A stretch of 64,000 bases of DNA from the NCBI GenBank assembly GCA_047967505.1, contig CM106538.1, one strand, 5' to 3'. The notes beneath the pieces were generated by a model. That model saw nothing but the letters and a program-made list of their open reading frames with translations, was not told the origin of the DNA and did no database searches. Source of the DNA: Dipteris shenzhenensis (taxonomy: Eukaryota). Shown here in pieces: positions 11,419 to 25,270 of the stretch. The position numbers and the translations under genes were made by a program. Numbering within the stretch: the first letter of the stretch is position 1; every line of letters starts with the position of its first letter.

Positions 11419-13720
11419 GATTTGTGCCATGAAAAGCTTAGCCATATGATCTGCCTTTATGGTTTAACGAACCGGAATGAAATGAGCTTGCTTGCTGAAT
11501 CTATAAATTCCCTGACTTTGATCTTGGCAAATAAAAAATGAAGTCCATTGCAATACTTTCCCACGGTGCCTGAGGCATGTGAAGAGGCATAAGTAGGCCA
11601 GGTGCCTTCCGTCTATCACACTTCACTTTTTGACACGTAAGGCATTCAGTAACAAACTGATGTATATCTTTCCGCATCCCTGGCCAAAAGAAATACCTCT
11701 CTAGTGCTTGAGTTGTTGATGTAATTCCTCTATGCCCAGCATAGGGAGGTGCATGGCATTCTTCCAAAATCTTTTTCCTCATCTCTTGGGTGATGCATAG
11801 GCAGTAATCTTTCATTAGATACCCATCTTTCAGGGAATAGTGACTGGTGGACTGCCCCTCTTGCATTTGCTGTATAATCTCTCCAAAATCTACATCATTA
11901 GCATATTGTTCTCTCATGTCTTCCAGGTCCTGATGATAAGCAATAGTCACATTGTTGACCTGGGGTCTTCGGGACAAGGCATCTGCCACTCTGTTCCGAA
12001 CTCCTGGAGTATGGACAATCTGAAAATTGTACATTGACAGCATGTTTGCCCATTTCATAGGCTTCTCGGAAAGCTTTGTCTGAGTCAAAAAGTATCTCAG
12101 ACTTTGGTGATTTGTTTTAACAGTAAAGTCTGCACCCAAAAGATAATGCTTCCAAGTACGGATGGCATGAATTACAGCCAATAACTCTTTCTCATAGATT
12201 CCCAGATATCTCTCTGCATCTCGGAGTCTCCTGCTCTCATAGGTCACTACATGACCATTCTGATGCAATGCAGCCCCAACACATTCCCCACAAGCATCAC
12301 AATCCACATCAAATGGCTGATATAAATCTGGAACTATCAAGATTGGTTTTGTGGTCAGCCTCTCTTTGAGTGTGATGAATGCTGTCTTTTGAGGAATTCC
12401 CCATTTGAAAGCTGCATTTTTCTTAGTAAGATCGTGGAGTGGAGCAGCTATATCCACAAAATGCTTGATAAATCTTTTGTAGTAAGAACACATGCTTGGG
12501 AAACTTCGAACTTCATGCACAGTTTTCAGCTCTGGCCATTTCTGAATGGTGCGGATCTTTACCAGATCCATCCGTATCCCATCTTTGGATATTATATGCC
12601 CCAAATAATGGATCTCTTCCAAAAAGAATTCACTTTTCTTGCTGTTTGCATAGAGTTGATGATTTCTCAGCTCTTGAAACACTGTAGCAAGATGTTCCTT
12701 GTGCTCTTCTTCGGACTTAGAAAAGATAATAATGTCATCGAAGAAGGTACCAGTGAATTGTCTGTAGGGTCGAAAAATGCGATCCATCATCCTATTGAAA
12801 GTAGCTAGGGCATGTCAATTCAAAAGGCATCACCAGATATTCATACAACCCAAAACCAGTGCGGAATGCTGTCTTATGGAGATCTTGAGGCTGTATTCTC
12901 ACTTGGTGATAACCACTGTTTAAGTCTATCTTGCTGAAAACTGAAGCTCCATTTAATTGATCTAGCACATCATCAATGCGTGGAATAGGGAATCTAATCT
13001 TGATGGTCATTTTGTTCAGTGCGCGGTAATCGACGCACATACGGAATGAGCCATCTTTCTTTTGTACTAGCAGTACAGGGAACAAAAAGGAGAAGAACTG
13101 GGCTGAATCAACCTCTTGGACAACAAATCCTGCACCTAAGTGATAATCTCCTCTCGCTGAGTTGCACTAACTCTGTATGGGGGCCTATTGGGTGGCTTGC
13201 TGCCAGGAATGAGTTCTATGCCATGATCCTCAAGTCTCTCAGCTGGCAAAGCATCGGAAAAGCAATCTTTAAAATTTTCAAGAAACTGAAATTTATTCTG
13301 ATCTGCCTCACTTATTTCAGCATGCATTTCCATCTCTCTCTCTTTTACAAAAACCATGTAAGTTGAAACTGCAGACTTTATTTCTTTTCCAACAGAACTA
13401 TTTGATACAATGGGAATAGTTTCCCCTCTATTTCTAGCAACCACACGATGTACTTTGCCCCTATGTACAAACTCCAGCACTCTTTCAGGAAGGGTCAACT
13501 TCACTGCCTTGCGATGAAACCAAGGCATACCCAAGACTACATCATGATGTTTTAGTGGAGAAATGAAGAAGTCTTCCTGATCCACATAACGCTGTACATG
13601 AAGACGGAGCTTCCCTATGAAGGGAGTGACTGGCAGAGGGTTCCCACAGAACATCTGGTCGGCATCGAGAGCCTTGCCCAACTCCTCCGTCTTTACTCCC
13701 AGCCTCAGGGCTAGATCCTC
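11419..13720 (-). pseudogene. pol: gypsy pol (partial PR, RT, RNase H, partial IN), with stops and frameshifts
   Basis: [39 protein letters not shown]...CLTCQ, PWESIAMDF in ORFs 13136-13681, 12792-13085 and 11501-12790. Confidence 0.95.
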
Positions 13721-13732
13721 TGATAGCGCTTG

Positions 13733-14922
13733 CTAGTCTCTGAATTCTGGGTTTGAAACATGACCCAGTATGTCAGGAGTTCCTCTTGCCATTGGCTTGT
13801 ATGGTCCCCGTGGCTTCTCTGTCTCTTTTCCCTTCGAAGTTGAAGGCTTTTCTGGGCACTGGGCAGCCACATGCCCCTCTTTGCCGCATTTGAAGCATTT
13901 ACCCTCTTTCTTGAAAGTTTCAATCTGTTCAGGGGTAAGCTGTGGTCTTCCCTTATAGGGCTTTTGCACTTGGTTTGCCCTCGGCTTTTGAGGCTGAAAT
14001 CCCCTCTTCTGAGCCTTGGGAAACTCTCTTGTTTCAAACTTGGGGATCGTTGGCTTTTTATTCCCCGATAACCCTGCCTGTAATGAAGGCACACTAGTAG
14101 GATCCTGCATGTACATAGGACTAGCCACATTGGCTAAATGTGTGAGATCTGATATTTCTTTAATATCTTTAGTGCTAACTTGGGCCTGTATCTTTGGAGT
14201 GAGTCCTGCCCTGTACTTCTTGAGTTGAGTCTTGTCAGAAATATTCTTGAAAGGCGAAACCTGCAAGTATGCGTCCCAAAATTTCTGGTTGTAAGACTCA
14301 ACTGTATCTTGTGCTTCCATATGAATGCTCTCCCAACCCAGAAGGACATGATCCTGAAACTGTTTGGGAATAAACTGTTTATAGAAAGCTTTCTTGAAGT
14401 CCTTCCATTTCCTGGGGGCTACATAGTTGGCTGTTTTAGCTATCCACCATGCACTGGCTGTACCAGTCAAGTGCAAATCAACCGTACAAAGCTTTGAGGA
14501 CTCACTGAAATTTTCCAAGCTGAAGGCAGCATCAAACTGCCTTATGAACTGCATAGCCTTTTCAGCTTGGCCGTACTGGCCATTGTAAGTGGCAAATCTT
14601 ATTGACTTCCCACCATCCTTGAATTCTTTAGTCTCTGCCTTCCCGCTGGACTTTTTCTTCTTCTTCTTGGGCTCTGAAGATCTCGAAGAAGGAGGTGATG
14701 TCGAGGATGAAGAGGTAGAGCTAGAAGATGAAGACAAATTGGATGAACTGTGATGATGCTTCGCCTTTTTCTTCTTGGGAAGAGGACCTGCTCTTTTTCT
14801 CTTTTTGCCCAATTCTTCTTGATCTGCTCCAGAGGGAGGCTTCCTAGCTTTCCCTCAAAAAGAGGTTGTACCATCCTGCGAAAAAAGGGATCGCTTGTTA
14901 CCTCTCCCAACTGAGTAATCAA
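13733..14922 (-). pseudogene. gag: gypsy gag (Ser/Lys-rich N-terminus, capsid, CCHC knuckle), frameshifted near the start
   Basis: ORF 13733-14812 with QFDAAF...SESSKL...ASAWW and CFKCGKEGHVAAQC. Confidence 0.9.
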
Positions 14923-17410
14923 CTCTCTGTAGGTATTCTCTTTATTTATCGGTTAGACTCTGCCATTCCCTCATGGGATGATTGGGCATGCTGCTGTGAA
15001 GCCATCTCTGTAACTTGTCTAAGATTTGCAACTCTCACACACACACTGTGTAAGCAACTGATGCACTCAGCCTCTGCTTTTCAAAGAGAAAAATACCTCA
15101 ACAAGAGGTGTCTTGCATTCACAACTTGTGCAGTGCCGGGCTGTCAACTTAAGGCATAAACTCAAAGCTATGTGCCCCTTTTTTGGCTATTGCAAATGAC
15201 ATTCAAAAGGCATCTGTTTTTTCCCTTTGTCACTGCTCAAAGGTATGCATTTCTTTACGTGTGCGAATCTGTGATTTCTTTGCTTTTCTGCTATTTTTCT
15301 GATAGGAAAAAGTTTGACAGATAAGTGAAAATTGATGGCTAGAACCGTCTCTGCAACTGTCTTTTTTTTTCTTTTTGGACAGTAAGTGGATGGGTAACCG
15401 GTTGGTTACACTAACCAGACTAGTTTTGGTCTGGTTTGGTTGGCTCCCAATTGGGCCTTAACCCACTGTGGTTTGGTTAACCAGCTATAGTCTGGTTAAC
15501 TACACCCAGAGTCAGTTGGTCAAACCTGTTCCACTAACCAGTTTGGTTTGGTTGGGCCAACTAACTGGACCTCTGACCGGGGTTAGCTAACTAGAGTTAC
15601 ACTAACCACGGGTTAGCCACCTATCTGCCACGTGTCAGTGCCACATTAGCATCTGTGTTGGTTGCCACGTGTACTGTTGAGTTGGTTGCCACGTCAGCTC
15701 TGTGCATGCACTGCTACGTCAGCTGGTGTCCTCAGTGCCATGTCACTTGCCACGTGTTAGGTCACACAGGTGTGCCATGTCAGTTGGCTACCTTGCCTAC
15801 CACGTCAGCTTGGCTACCACATTAGCCTAAGGTCAAGAAGTGATGGAAAATTTTTCCTGCAGCGTCACACGTCAACGGAGATACCCATGGGCATTTGCAG
15901 GTGATGAACGTAGGAATGCCTCTCTGTAGTGCATGCACGACACCTTAAACGTGAACGTTCCAGTCAAATGACCTGTGCAAATCAATGAGCATAGGCACCT
16001 CCGTTGCTCACGTCATGCGACAGATCGCTGCCAATTTTCGACACCATGCAAGAAGCCATCTCGCCAGTGTTTTTCCGCCTCCAGTCCTAGTGTCAAATGA
16101 TGAGGGTACTCGGTGAGTTCACGTATCCCGCGCCTGATTACAACGTTTCGAACCTCACAAGAGCTCGACAGCAATCTCTGGTAGCATCTCTGGAAGGCAA
16201 CACAAATACCCAGTGCCCACCATTTTCCCACTGTTTGTCACTTAACAAAAATACCCGGAAGAGCACGACGCCGTTCGGCTTTTTTTTTTGCGTAACTGAC
16301 CGTCGATGACGACCTTCCCTTAAGGCTTACTTTCCGTCAGGCGTTCTACGCCAAAGCCTGCACTCTTCAATCTTACTTGGATCGTCATTTCCTAGGAAGA
16401 AAATGAGACCTTATGCTCTGATACCAATGCAACCTCGTTGACATAAAACTACTGCAAACACTCTCTCTCTTGCTGTCCCTCTCCCCCTCTCTCTACAGAT
16501 ATACGAGGGTCTAGGACGATCGTCGGGCTGGACCCCCCTAAAGGTTTTTATTCATCAAGAGAATCTGAGTACTCTTAAGAGTTCAGCGTAGAGTTGTCTG
16601 ATACAAATTCAAACATGAATCCATTTTTTACAAGAGCTTCAAGCTCATTCTAAAATGGCAACATGCCACTTGTCTAAAGGCCTCCAAAATACTTGCTATG
16701 CTCCAAATTGCTTGGGTCTTTAGTCCCTCATAATACGTGCAACAATTAATTAAAGCGCACCACCATGGCACCCATTAATTGTTAGCGCTTTGCATGCAAA
16801 TAATAAACTGTGGACTAATCCTAGTCACAGGTGGGCGTCCCCACTGGATAAACATGTGAACAAAACATAGAACACAATTCTTGGTCGATTGAAGTCAACC
16901 CTCTTGGTCGTAATTAAGGGGCTTTGACCAATGGTCATGGCCCCTTAATTATGGCCAAGTCTCTCCAACCGAAGCTGGCACATCTCTCCAACCGAAGTTG
17001 GCACAACTTGGTTAACTGTAGTTAACCCTCTTGGCGCATGCCAAGTCTCATTGATCGAAGTCAACACTCTCTGACCGTAGTCAGCTCTGTGGTTCTCTGT
17101 TTAACCGCAGTTAATCCTCTTGGTAATAAACTAAGTCTCCCCGATCGAAATGAGGCTTATTTGACCAGAGTCAAGTGTCTTTGACCGTAGTAAATTCTTT
17201 GACCATTAAAAGAACTCTTTGACCATAATTAACACAAATGAAAACTCTTTAATTATGATTAGATAAATGGTCAACTGTACTTTGACTTAGGATATTTACA
17301 TTTGTGGTGACATTCAACCTTATAAGTGACTATCATGAGATTGAAATCGCACTATGTTGTGTATTTAGAGGATGAGTTTGGGAATGTGCTTGTATTCATC
17401 TAGGTATATA

Positions 17411-18423
17411 TTGAAGTCAATGTGCCAATCGGAGAGTCAACGAATGTACCGAGATCAGAGAAATGATATTTGACTGTTCGGGACAGTCAAAAGAGTATTC
17501 CCCCGCTGTCGAAGCCTCAAGTCAATGTACCAGAGTGTCGGCACAGTCGAAATGACTTGTGGGTAAGCTCGGGAAGCTCAAATCACTGGTGGAGGTCATG
17601 GGAGTCCAAATCTGAGTAAAAAATGCCAAAAAGTAGCCTAAAACTGCTTGGAATCGCCTTCTGACAAGTTGTACGGACTCCTGGCACTGTCTCTCATGTG
17701 CCTGTAGAGGTCTGTATGTCCGTACAGCTGTACGGATAAAAAATCAAAATTTTTTCCTCAGAAATGGTGCGGGACAGGGTCGTTTATGTTTGAGCAGTGC
17801 CAAAATGTCAAAAAACGTCAAAATCGTACCTCAAAAGATCAAAAAACAGCTGCTGGACTGCTTCAAAACAAGTTTTTGGCAACCAACTGACGAGGAATGT
17901 CCGCCAATGCTGAGGGAGAACCACGAACTGATGCGGGAGTGAGCTGAACTCACAAACGAGGAACCATGGCGAGGCTAAGGGAAGGGAGGCTCTACCTTAG
18001 AGGAGAGGGAAGCTTCCATTTGTAGGCTTCTCTCATCCTCTAGATAGAGCAAGAAGAAGGGGGAGGTAGGAAGGGAGGCTCTGATACCACATGAAGGGAC
18101 ATGGTGGAGAGAGGGAGAGAGAGAGAGTAGGCTAAGGAGAGAAGAAGTGATATCAAAAGGAGACATAATGAAATGACTAGAGCAATGAACAAAAATAAAA
18201 GTACTCACATGTAGACCAAAGAGCTTGTAGCTTGATACTTGATTGATTTGACACTAGACAAGTACAGCTCTTATATAAGAGCACACACACACACATATGA
18301 ACACCTATGCATATGGGATAACTCCCAATATGACACGTGGCATCCATAGGACACACTAGACTAGAACTCACACTAGAACACACTAGAACACACCAAACTG
18401 ACTCAACTTGGCTTCATATTCTA

Positions 18424-18426
<3 letters not shown>
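17411..18426 (-). mobile_element. Truncated LTR element: 5' LTR, PBS and leader
   Basis: LTR 18092-18426 (minus strand TGTTAG...TTCA), PBS tRNA-iMet at 18078-18089; abuts a (CA)n(TA)n repeat; no second LTR seen. Confidence 0.7.
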
Positions 18427-18459
<33 letters not shown>

Positions 18460-21400
18460 TCCTCTTTGGAGGCCCGCTATATTCTCTCCCTCTGATTCTC
18501 TCACTCACATCCACAGCATCACTTGTGTATTGAGTGCATCATTCTATTAGTTCAGTTAGTGTTGAGCCTTAGAGAGAGTGAGTCAATCTATCTCACGCTA
18601 CGTTGTTAGTGTTTTTACTGTGTTAACTTCCTTCATTTTGCACATGTTTGATTCGGGTGTGATTTGAATGAGGAGAGCGATGTGTGTTCAATTCGGGTTG
18701 TGATAAGAAGTTTTGGGTGGTGACAAATGTCATGCTCGTTTTCTGTAAGCCAATACATCCAAGTACTTCCATGCTTTTTCGTGTGGCGACTTATGATCAA
18801 AAGTCTCTATCTTAAACAAAGTAGCCTAATATTGATGCGTGTGATCTTTGATCTTTAAAAATTTTGTGGAAGAAAATGCTTCATTTGCTCTTTGATTCCG
18901 TCCCATAGCTCCTTCCTTACAAGCTTCGAGAGAGGAGCTGAACCCTCTTGCAAAGTCCATTTTAGCCCATTCATAGGGTGTCTCGTACAAAATAAGTATC
19001 CATACCACAAATCCAAGTAAAAAAACTTCCGGTTTGTATTATACTTCGGAATAGTGAAAGGTTTAGATCTTGTCACGATATTAGTGAACGACGATGCCTT
19101 TTCTCTTTTTCATGCTCTCTTCCCTTGCATTCACCACTTGTAACCAAATCTTACCATGTTTGTCCTTCTTTTCATATTTGCTTAGAGACTTTCTTGAACC
19201 AAATACTTGCTACAAGAAGTCACACGTCTCTTCAAAATTTTATATGTTCTATATGAAGGAGTTGAAGAAGTCCAAAGAATCTACATTGTCCCGAGATGCT
19301 TTCCATGCCTTCTTTGAAGCTTTTGACCCAATTGTAGGAGGGGGCTGACTTGTGAGCCCCATTTTGTTCCCTTTGATCCTTTTGTCTTTCTTTTTGAATT
19401 TAGAAGAGGCCGAATCTTTCTTCTTCCTTTCCCCCTTCTTAAAGTCTTTAAAAGAAATATTAGCTTGTTATTAGCTAGATATTTAAATCATATGGAAATC
19501 ACACAAGATTCAACAAGGCTATCTTTTCTAAGAATTTTTAGGAATGCTCATTTGGGAGAGACTAAATGAAATACTATACTCTTCACAAGTAGTTGTAGCT
19601 TGACTGAAGAGAATGTGGACTACTTTTTGATTGGCCTTCTGTTTTAGTGCCACCCGTCATGGCTGAGCCTGCCCTTCTCTTGTAGAGTGTTGATAGAAAC
19701 TCTGTACAAAGACTTTGTGTATAAATGGATGCGCAAGTGTGCATGGGTGAACCAAGATCTAGTGCCAAGATAGCACCGATTACTACCATCCGATGTTTTC
19801 TGGATGAGAACAAATATCTCTTAAAGTACTTCGATGGCACTGTCTGATCCAAGGTAGAGAAGGCGCCACGAAGTGTACATGAGGCTAAATGTCAACTAGA
19901 AGGTGCAACCGGGGTTTTTGGAAGCACACCACAATTTTCAAGAGGGGATTTGGCCGGCTAGAATTACATGGTGTTACACAGCAGAGGTCGGGTTTTGGTA
20001 ATTGCAGCAATGAAACAAGAATGTGTAATGGTTTTATTATAGGAAGGAAAAGGGAGTTGTCGAGTGTGCACAGATGCAAATGGCACGTAGAGATGAGGAA
20101 GATATGTTTTTGCACATGGCATGCAGAGATGAGGAAGATACGATCAAAAACATCTTGGAGGGTTTGACTGTCTTGAAGAGCATGTGAGCAGTGAAGAAAA
20201 GCATGGGCTAGCGAAAAGAGGAACATACTTATGAAGGAGGTGTGTGAGACAGAGGTTGTCACCTGTAAAGTTAGTCAGAAAAGTTATCACCTATAAAGTT
20301 AGTCAGAAAAGTAGCAAGCTGAAATGCAAATAAAAAAGCATGAAAGCAATTTTTTCTAGATTGTTAACATTGTGATGGGTGACAATCTAGATTAAATGTT
20401 ACTAGGTCTAATAATAAGCCTATATGTAACTCTTAATAAAAGGTTGGGTTGCCCCAAGACTCCTCTCTCTTTGTGGGGGACTAGAAAAACGTATTTGAAA
20501 GCTACCCTTACATTTAATTAGTTCGCTTATAAAAGTCAAACTTAAGGGATGGCTAGGCTTCCTTGGACTCAGAAACCAAGCTAAGGATCTTAAAATTTAA
20601 CCAAAATTTTCTTGAGTGATTCTGAACATGGGCTAATGCTATATACGATTGTAAATGCTTAGAAACAATGATTACTGTTTTTCTTGATTAAACATCTTGG
20701 AGGCATGCTGATTAAAGCTTAGCATACTCTAATGGTCTCGAATCCCCTCATATGCTTTGTATACCCCCATCACGGCTAAGTCTCACTCCCTAAGCCACTG
20801 AGAAATGGTTTCTATCTATACCAGTGAGTAGGCCTTGCGGTGTGTGTGCTTGTTGATATAACAATCTGGTGGAAGGTGATCTGGCTATGGCATCTATATG
20901 ACCAACTCTCGATTCCTTGTGTGCTTTCTGAACTGAAATTGATGACAATGGTCATGTAGAGTCCTGCCAAAAAATTTCGGATGGATAAAATTTTTTATAA
21001 CCTGGTCTTACAATACTTCTTTTGCAGCCCCTCTTTGGGATTGTATCTTCTTCACCTTAATGTCTTGTATAATCATCCTCCTGTTTTTCTGATAATTTTA
21101 AAGTTGTTATAGTTCTTTCTTGAGTTTTCATTTTCTGGCTTAAGTGCGGTGAATGCATCCGCATTCATGCCATGTACATGAGGCATGCCATAGTTGGTGT
21201 AATGTCTATTGTGTTTGTTGTTCTCGACATGCTCATTTGACATCCACAACACCTGCTTGAAAATACCTTTCAAAATGGAAAGAGAAGCTTTTGGATGTGG
21301 TTTCAAATTTCTCATTTTCTTTAACATATTTCATTACTACAACCTGAGCATCCAATCATTTTGTGTGTTGTGCAAGGGCATACTGCACCTTGATATAAGC

Positions 21401-21805
21401 AGCCCTTGAAAGCAAGTTAGGGAAGTTAGCCTCTTAAAGACACCCTTCATCCTTAAGTGAACAATGTTCTCAACTCGATTGTGGAGTAAAGATGTGCAAC
21501 GTTTTCAACTTTACCCCTTCACTCTTTGTTAGCACTACCCCAAGGCAATGGTAGAGGAACCACGTGGAATTTCTACAAGGTCTTAAGGATTCGAGTTTGG
21601 TCCCACATGGTTGGTTATTTTTGTGGGTTGCTTTTTGTGTTGCAATGCATGTCTTTGCTTATCTAAACACATTTTTTCAGTATAGCCTTCTCGTTTAAGT
21701 GATGCGTTGCCCTATCAGCTAGAGGAGTCTGCCCTTCACCTCCGAAGTGTCGACAGAAAATTAGTACTAAATGGATGCTCAAGTATGTGTGGGTGTGTGG
21801 ATTTG

Positions 21806-22016
21806 TATATGTGAGAGCATATATTTATGCTATGGTCTACCCCTACCGTTGGCTGCTGATGACGTCAGTGGTGATGTCATAGTAGCTAGTCCCTGCTATG
21901 CATGATGGAGTTTATTGTTTTCAACCTTATGAGTGACTATCATGAGATTGAAACTGCACTTTGTTGTGTTTTTAGAGGATGAGTTTGGGCATGTTCCTAG
22001 ACTCATCTAGTATATA
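21806..22016 (+). repeat. Dispersed LTR-end module, also at 11180-11299+17318-17410 and partly at 6393-6510
   Basis: Shared ATGATGGAGTTTA...GTGACTATCATGAGATTGAAA...GAGGATGAGTTTGGG...CATCTAG..TATA. Confidence 0.85.
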
Positions 22017-22716
22017 GAAAATATAGCCTTCTTTTCTTCTCCTAGTCTCTCTGGAAAAGGGCAGTTTCTTGGCATGCCGTGCCCCCTTGTTCTTTGTTGA
22101 TTTTGATACAGCATATTCCCAAAGGAGGGTGGGGGGAGAGGGAAGGCAAATCAAAGGGCTGCCCTTAGCTTTGTCTTTCCCCTTCTCTGGCCCTGATGCC
22201 TCTATGATGAACTTTTGTGCACTGTTATCCAGTGTGCTCAGCAGTTCGTAGTACACTGTTGACTTGTAGTTTTGATCTACTTGTCCTCAAGTCCATTTGG
22301 GTCGAGGAACCCTTTAGGACACCTTTCTTGCATAGTCTTGAATAGGGCATGTGTAAGCACGAGTGGTGTGAATATCCCGTGGCACTTAGGCCCAACAGCG
22401 TTCACACAGTTCTTGAGTGGCCTAGAGAGAAGGGCCACACAGACCTTGAGAAGCATGTACAACGCCGTCTCAACATCTCTGCAATCCAGGTGAGGTCTTC
22501 CATGCCCAGCTGATGCCTTTTTTGGGCAAGATCCTCCCTATGACTGGGCTACAAACAGGTTGCTGTCACCTCAAAGATGGATTAGTGTGCTTGTTGCCCC
22601 AGCCAGTAGGGCAGCAATACACTTCAGGGACATAGTTGCACTGGTGGAGGGGCAGTTCTATGTTTTTTTTTTTGGGGGGGGTGCAGCTGGAGAGCAAGAA
22701 AGAAACTCTATTAAAT

Positions 22717-22774
<58 letters not shown>
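22717..22774. repeat. (TA)n(GA)n microsatellite at LINE 3' end
   Basis: Directly visible. Confidence 0.98.
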
Positions 22775-22778
<4 letters not shown>

Positions 22779-24232
22779 TTTGGGAGGCCTCACGGCCTAT
22801 GAGACAAAGAACAACAAAAATTCTAAATTTGTATGATTGGACTTATTCTAGTCTTACAAAGGTATACAATATAATAAGTAACTCATACAAGCTACTATGG
22901 GCAGGCGAGGGCATGCTAGGGCTTTGCTGAGTGATATGATAAGAAACTCAAGAGCTAGGACTCAAAACCCAAGACTCAGAAGCTCCTGAGAGAGCACGAG
23001 ATGTGATCAACTATCAACTGTGATCGTAATGCCATGGCAGTCCTCTGGTGGGATATGAATATATCTCGTATTTGTCTCTACCTGGTGGTCTCTTGCCATG
23101 GTCAGGGGCGTGGCCTCTATGATCTTGGTAATCGATGTTCCATGTCGAGGGTGACATCTCGGCTCTAACAGTCCCCTTTGAGTAGAGCTGGGATGGGCTG
23201 GACCTCCTTCTTGCATGCTCCGATTAGCCTCTGCCTTGTGCGTGGTCTCTGGGTCTCTAGCTCTATCACTCCATATCGTCTCTCCCTGCTAATCCACGCT
23301 TCCCTCATATCAGCTAGCTCCTCCTCCTCCACTTCATTGTGTCTTGAGGTTGACTCGAATGTGTAGAAATCTATGACATGTCGTTGTGTCCGATCTTCTC
23401 CCATGTCACCTTCATCTCTTGCTGTCTAATCGAGTCTCTCTCTATCGTCGCATCTCGATCAGGTAGAGACCAACATAAACCTAATAATGAAACTGGAGCT
23501 ATTGTGAAAGTCGTGCCTGTTCTGAAAAAGGCAGTGATATCGTCCATGAAGCTCATAGTAGACCGGGCATGAAAGGAGTGACCCCTCACCTCCAAGGCGG
23601 TCAATGAAGCTGTGATCTTATCAATGTAGATCCCAAAAAGTTTTGGTGAGAGGGGGCATTATAACTTCACACTGATCATTCTTTCAATCCAATCTAATAG
23701 GCCTCCTAGGGCATGTATTCTCCCTTTGGCTCGTATACACACTCATGTCAACGGCCTTTTGAAAGCCTACAAATCAAGCATAGAATTTTTTGGGTTTTGA
23801 TCTCGCCTACGCGTAGAGTGAAGGTTTGGTCTAGAGTGGAGTGTTGTCACCGGCATCCAGCTGTCCCAAAGCTCGTTGTCCTTGTGCCTTTGTGTAGGTA
23901 TTGATCTCTCTCTCTCTCTCTAGTACAGATCTGTAAATCTTGGCCAGAGTGTGGCCAATCATGAGAGTGCGGCAGTTCCCAATATCCATGGGATCCCCTA
24001 CTTTGTGAACTGGAACTATAGTCATGGTACTCCAAGCAGCAGGGAAGCTGTGGCATACAACATTGCTGAACATATGAGCTAAGATTGGGGCCAAGACCTC
24101 CTGTCCATCCGAAAGTGCTAAGTCCATAGCCCTTCGTGGTTTTTGGCTCTCCTAGTGTGGAGTCAACGTAATGCAGCTCACACATTCCATATGGTAAACA
24201 AGGTGGTTGTCTGGGCCTGGGCAGGGGATCAG
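22775..24232 (-). mobile_element. Degenerate LINE, 3' part of ORF2
   Basis: FPAAW..IVPVHKVGDPMDIGNCRTLMIGHTLAKIY and CPLSPKLFGIYID RT motifs; continues past the copia nest at 37088. Confidence 0.85.
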
Positions 24233-25270
24233 TGTGAGGGAAAGAGGGGAGTGGAACAGTAGGAGACCGTAGACACTAGGGAGTGTGGGTGTGTAAAGAA
24301 TGCGTTGAGCCACACCACAAACTCAAAAGTTTTATTAGGATTAGGTATTCACCCTATGACTGTCTTAGGACAGTCATAGCGGTCGTAACATTTAAAGGGT
24401 GGCAATGTGCCTTTACCCCAACAACCTCCCACCTAAAGGCCCCAATGTGCCTAAAGGGGAGAAAAGAATAAAAATTACAGCAATATACAGTTACTGTGTA
24501 TACAAGACCATAAAATAAGAATGGTCTCATCCTAATCCCATGATGCGGCGACAATGTGCAAACCGCTCTATAGGCAAGCTCTTAGTGAGCAAATCTGCAG
24601 GATTATCATCAGTGTGCACCTTCACAAGCTCAAGCTGCTTGTCCTCCAGTACCTCCCTGATAAAATGATATTTCACATCTATGTGCTTGGTCTTCTGATG
24701 AAAGACCGGATTCTTTGCCAACATGATAGCACTCTGACTATCACAATGCAAAACAGGTATATCTCCTGTAATGCCCAAATCTCCCACCAGCCGAGTAAGC
24801 CATATTGCTTCCTTGCAAGCCTCAGTGGCTGCAATATATTCAGCTTCTGTGGTTGACAGTGCAATGCATTTCTGCAAACGAGACACCCATGATATAGCAC
24901 CTCTTGCAAATGTGAAAACATAACCGGTAGTAGACTTCCGGTTATCTGCATTTCCCGCATAGTCTGAATGTGTAAAACCATGTATTAATGCATCCTGCCT
25001 ACCATAGCATATGCACAAGTCTTTGGTACCCTTGAGATACCTCAAAACACCTTTCACTGCTTCCTAGTGCCGCTTGCCTGGATTTGCCATATACCTGCTG
25101 ATGACTCCCACCGCAAAAGCAATATCCGGACGAGTGGCAACCATGGCATACATCAAAGAACCAACTGCAGATGCATACGGAACCTTGGCCATCTCAGCCT
25201 TATCATCATCTGATCTGGGGCTGTCCTCATTGCTGAGTTTTAAATGTGGAGGCAACGGGGTAACTAATAG

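Larger units (their letters stand above)
11300..17312 (-). mobile_element. Ty3/gypsy LTR retrotransposon with 3' deletion
   Basis: 5' LTR 16428-17312, PBS tRNA-iMet (TGGTATCAGAGC, 16415-16426), residual 3' LTR 11300-~11418, TSD TTCAA at 11295-11299 and 17313-17317. Confidence 0.95.

Noticed and set aside
21855-21960. Hammerhead ribozyme or retrozyme (CTGATGA ... GAAA), also at 11232
   Set aside because: The motifs are about 85 nt apart and I could not build helices I-III with a valid cleavage triplet; CTGATGACGTCAG is explained by a TGACGTCA palindrome
21975-22016. Helitron 3' end (hairpin plus CTAG)
   Set aside because: The hairpin overlaps the CTAG instead of lying about 10 nt upstream, and the module continues LTR-like sequence
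18800-22650. Decayed minus-strand coding-like segments (18800-19450, 20700-21400, 22020-22650)
   Set aside because: Probably TE-derived, but no recognisable domain or boundaries, so not called
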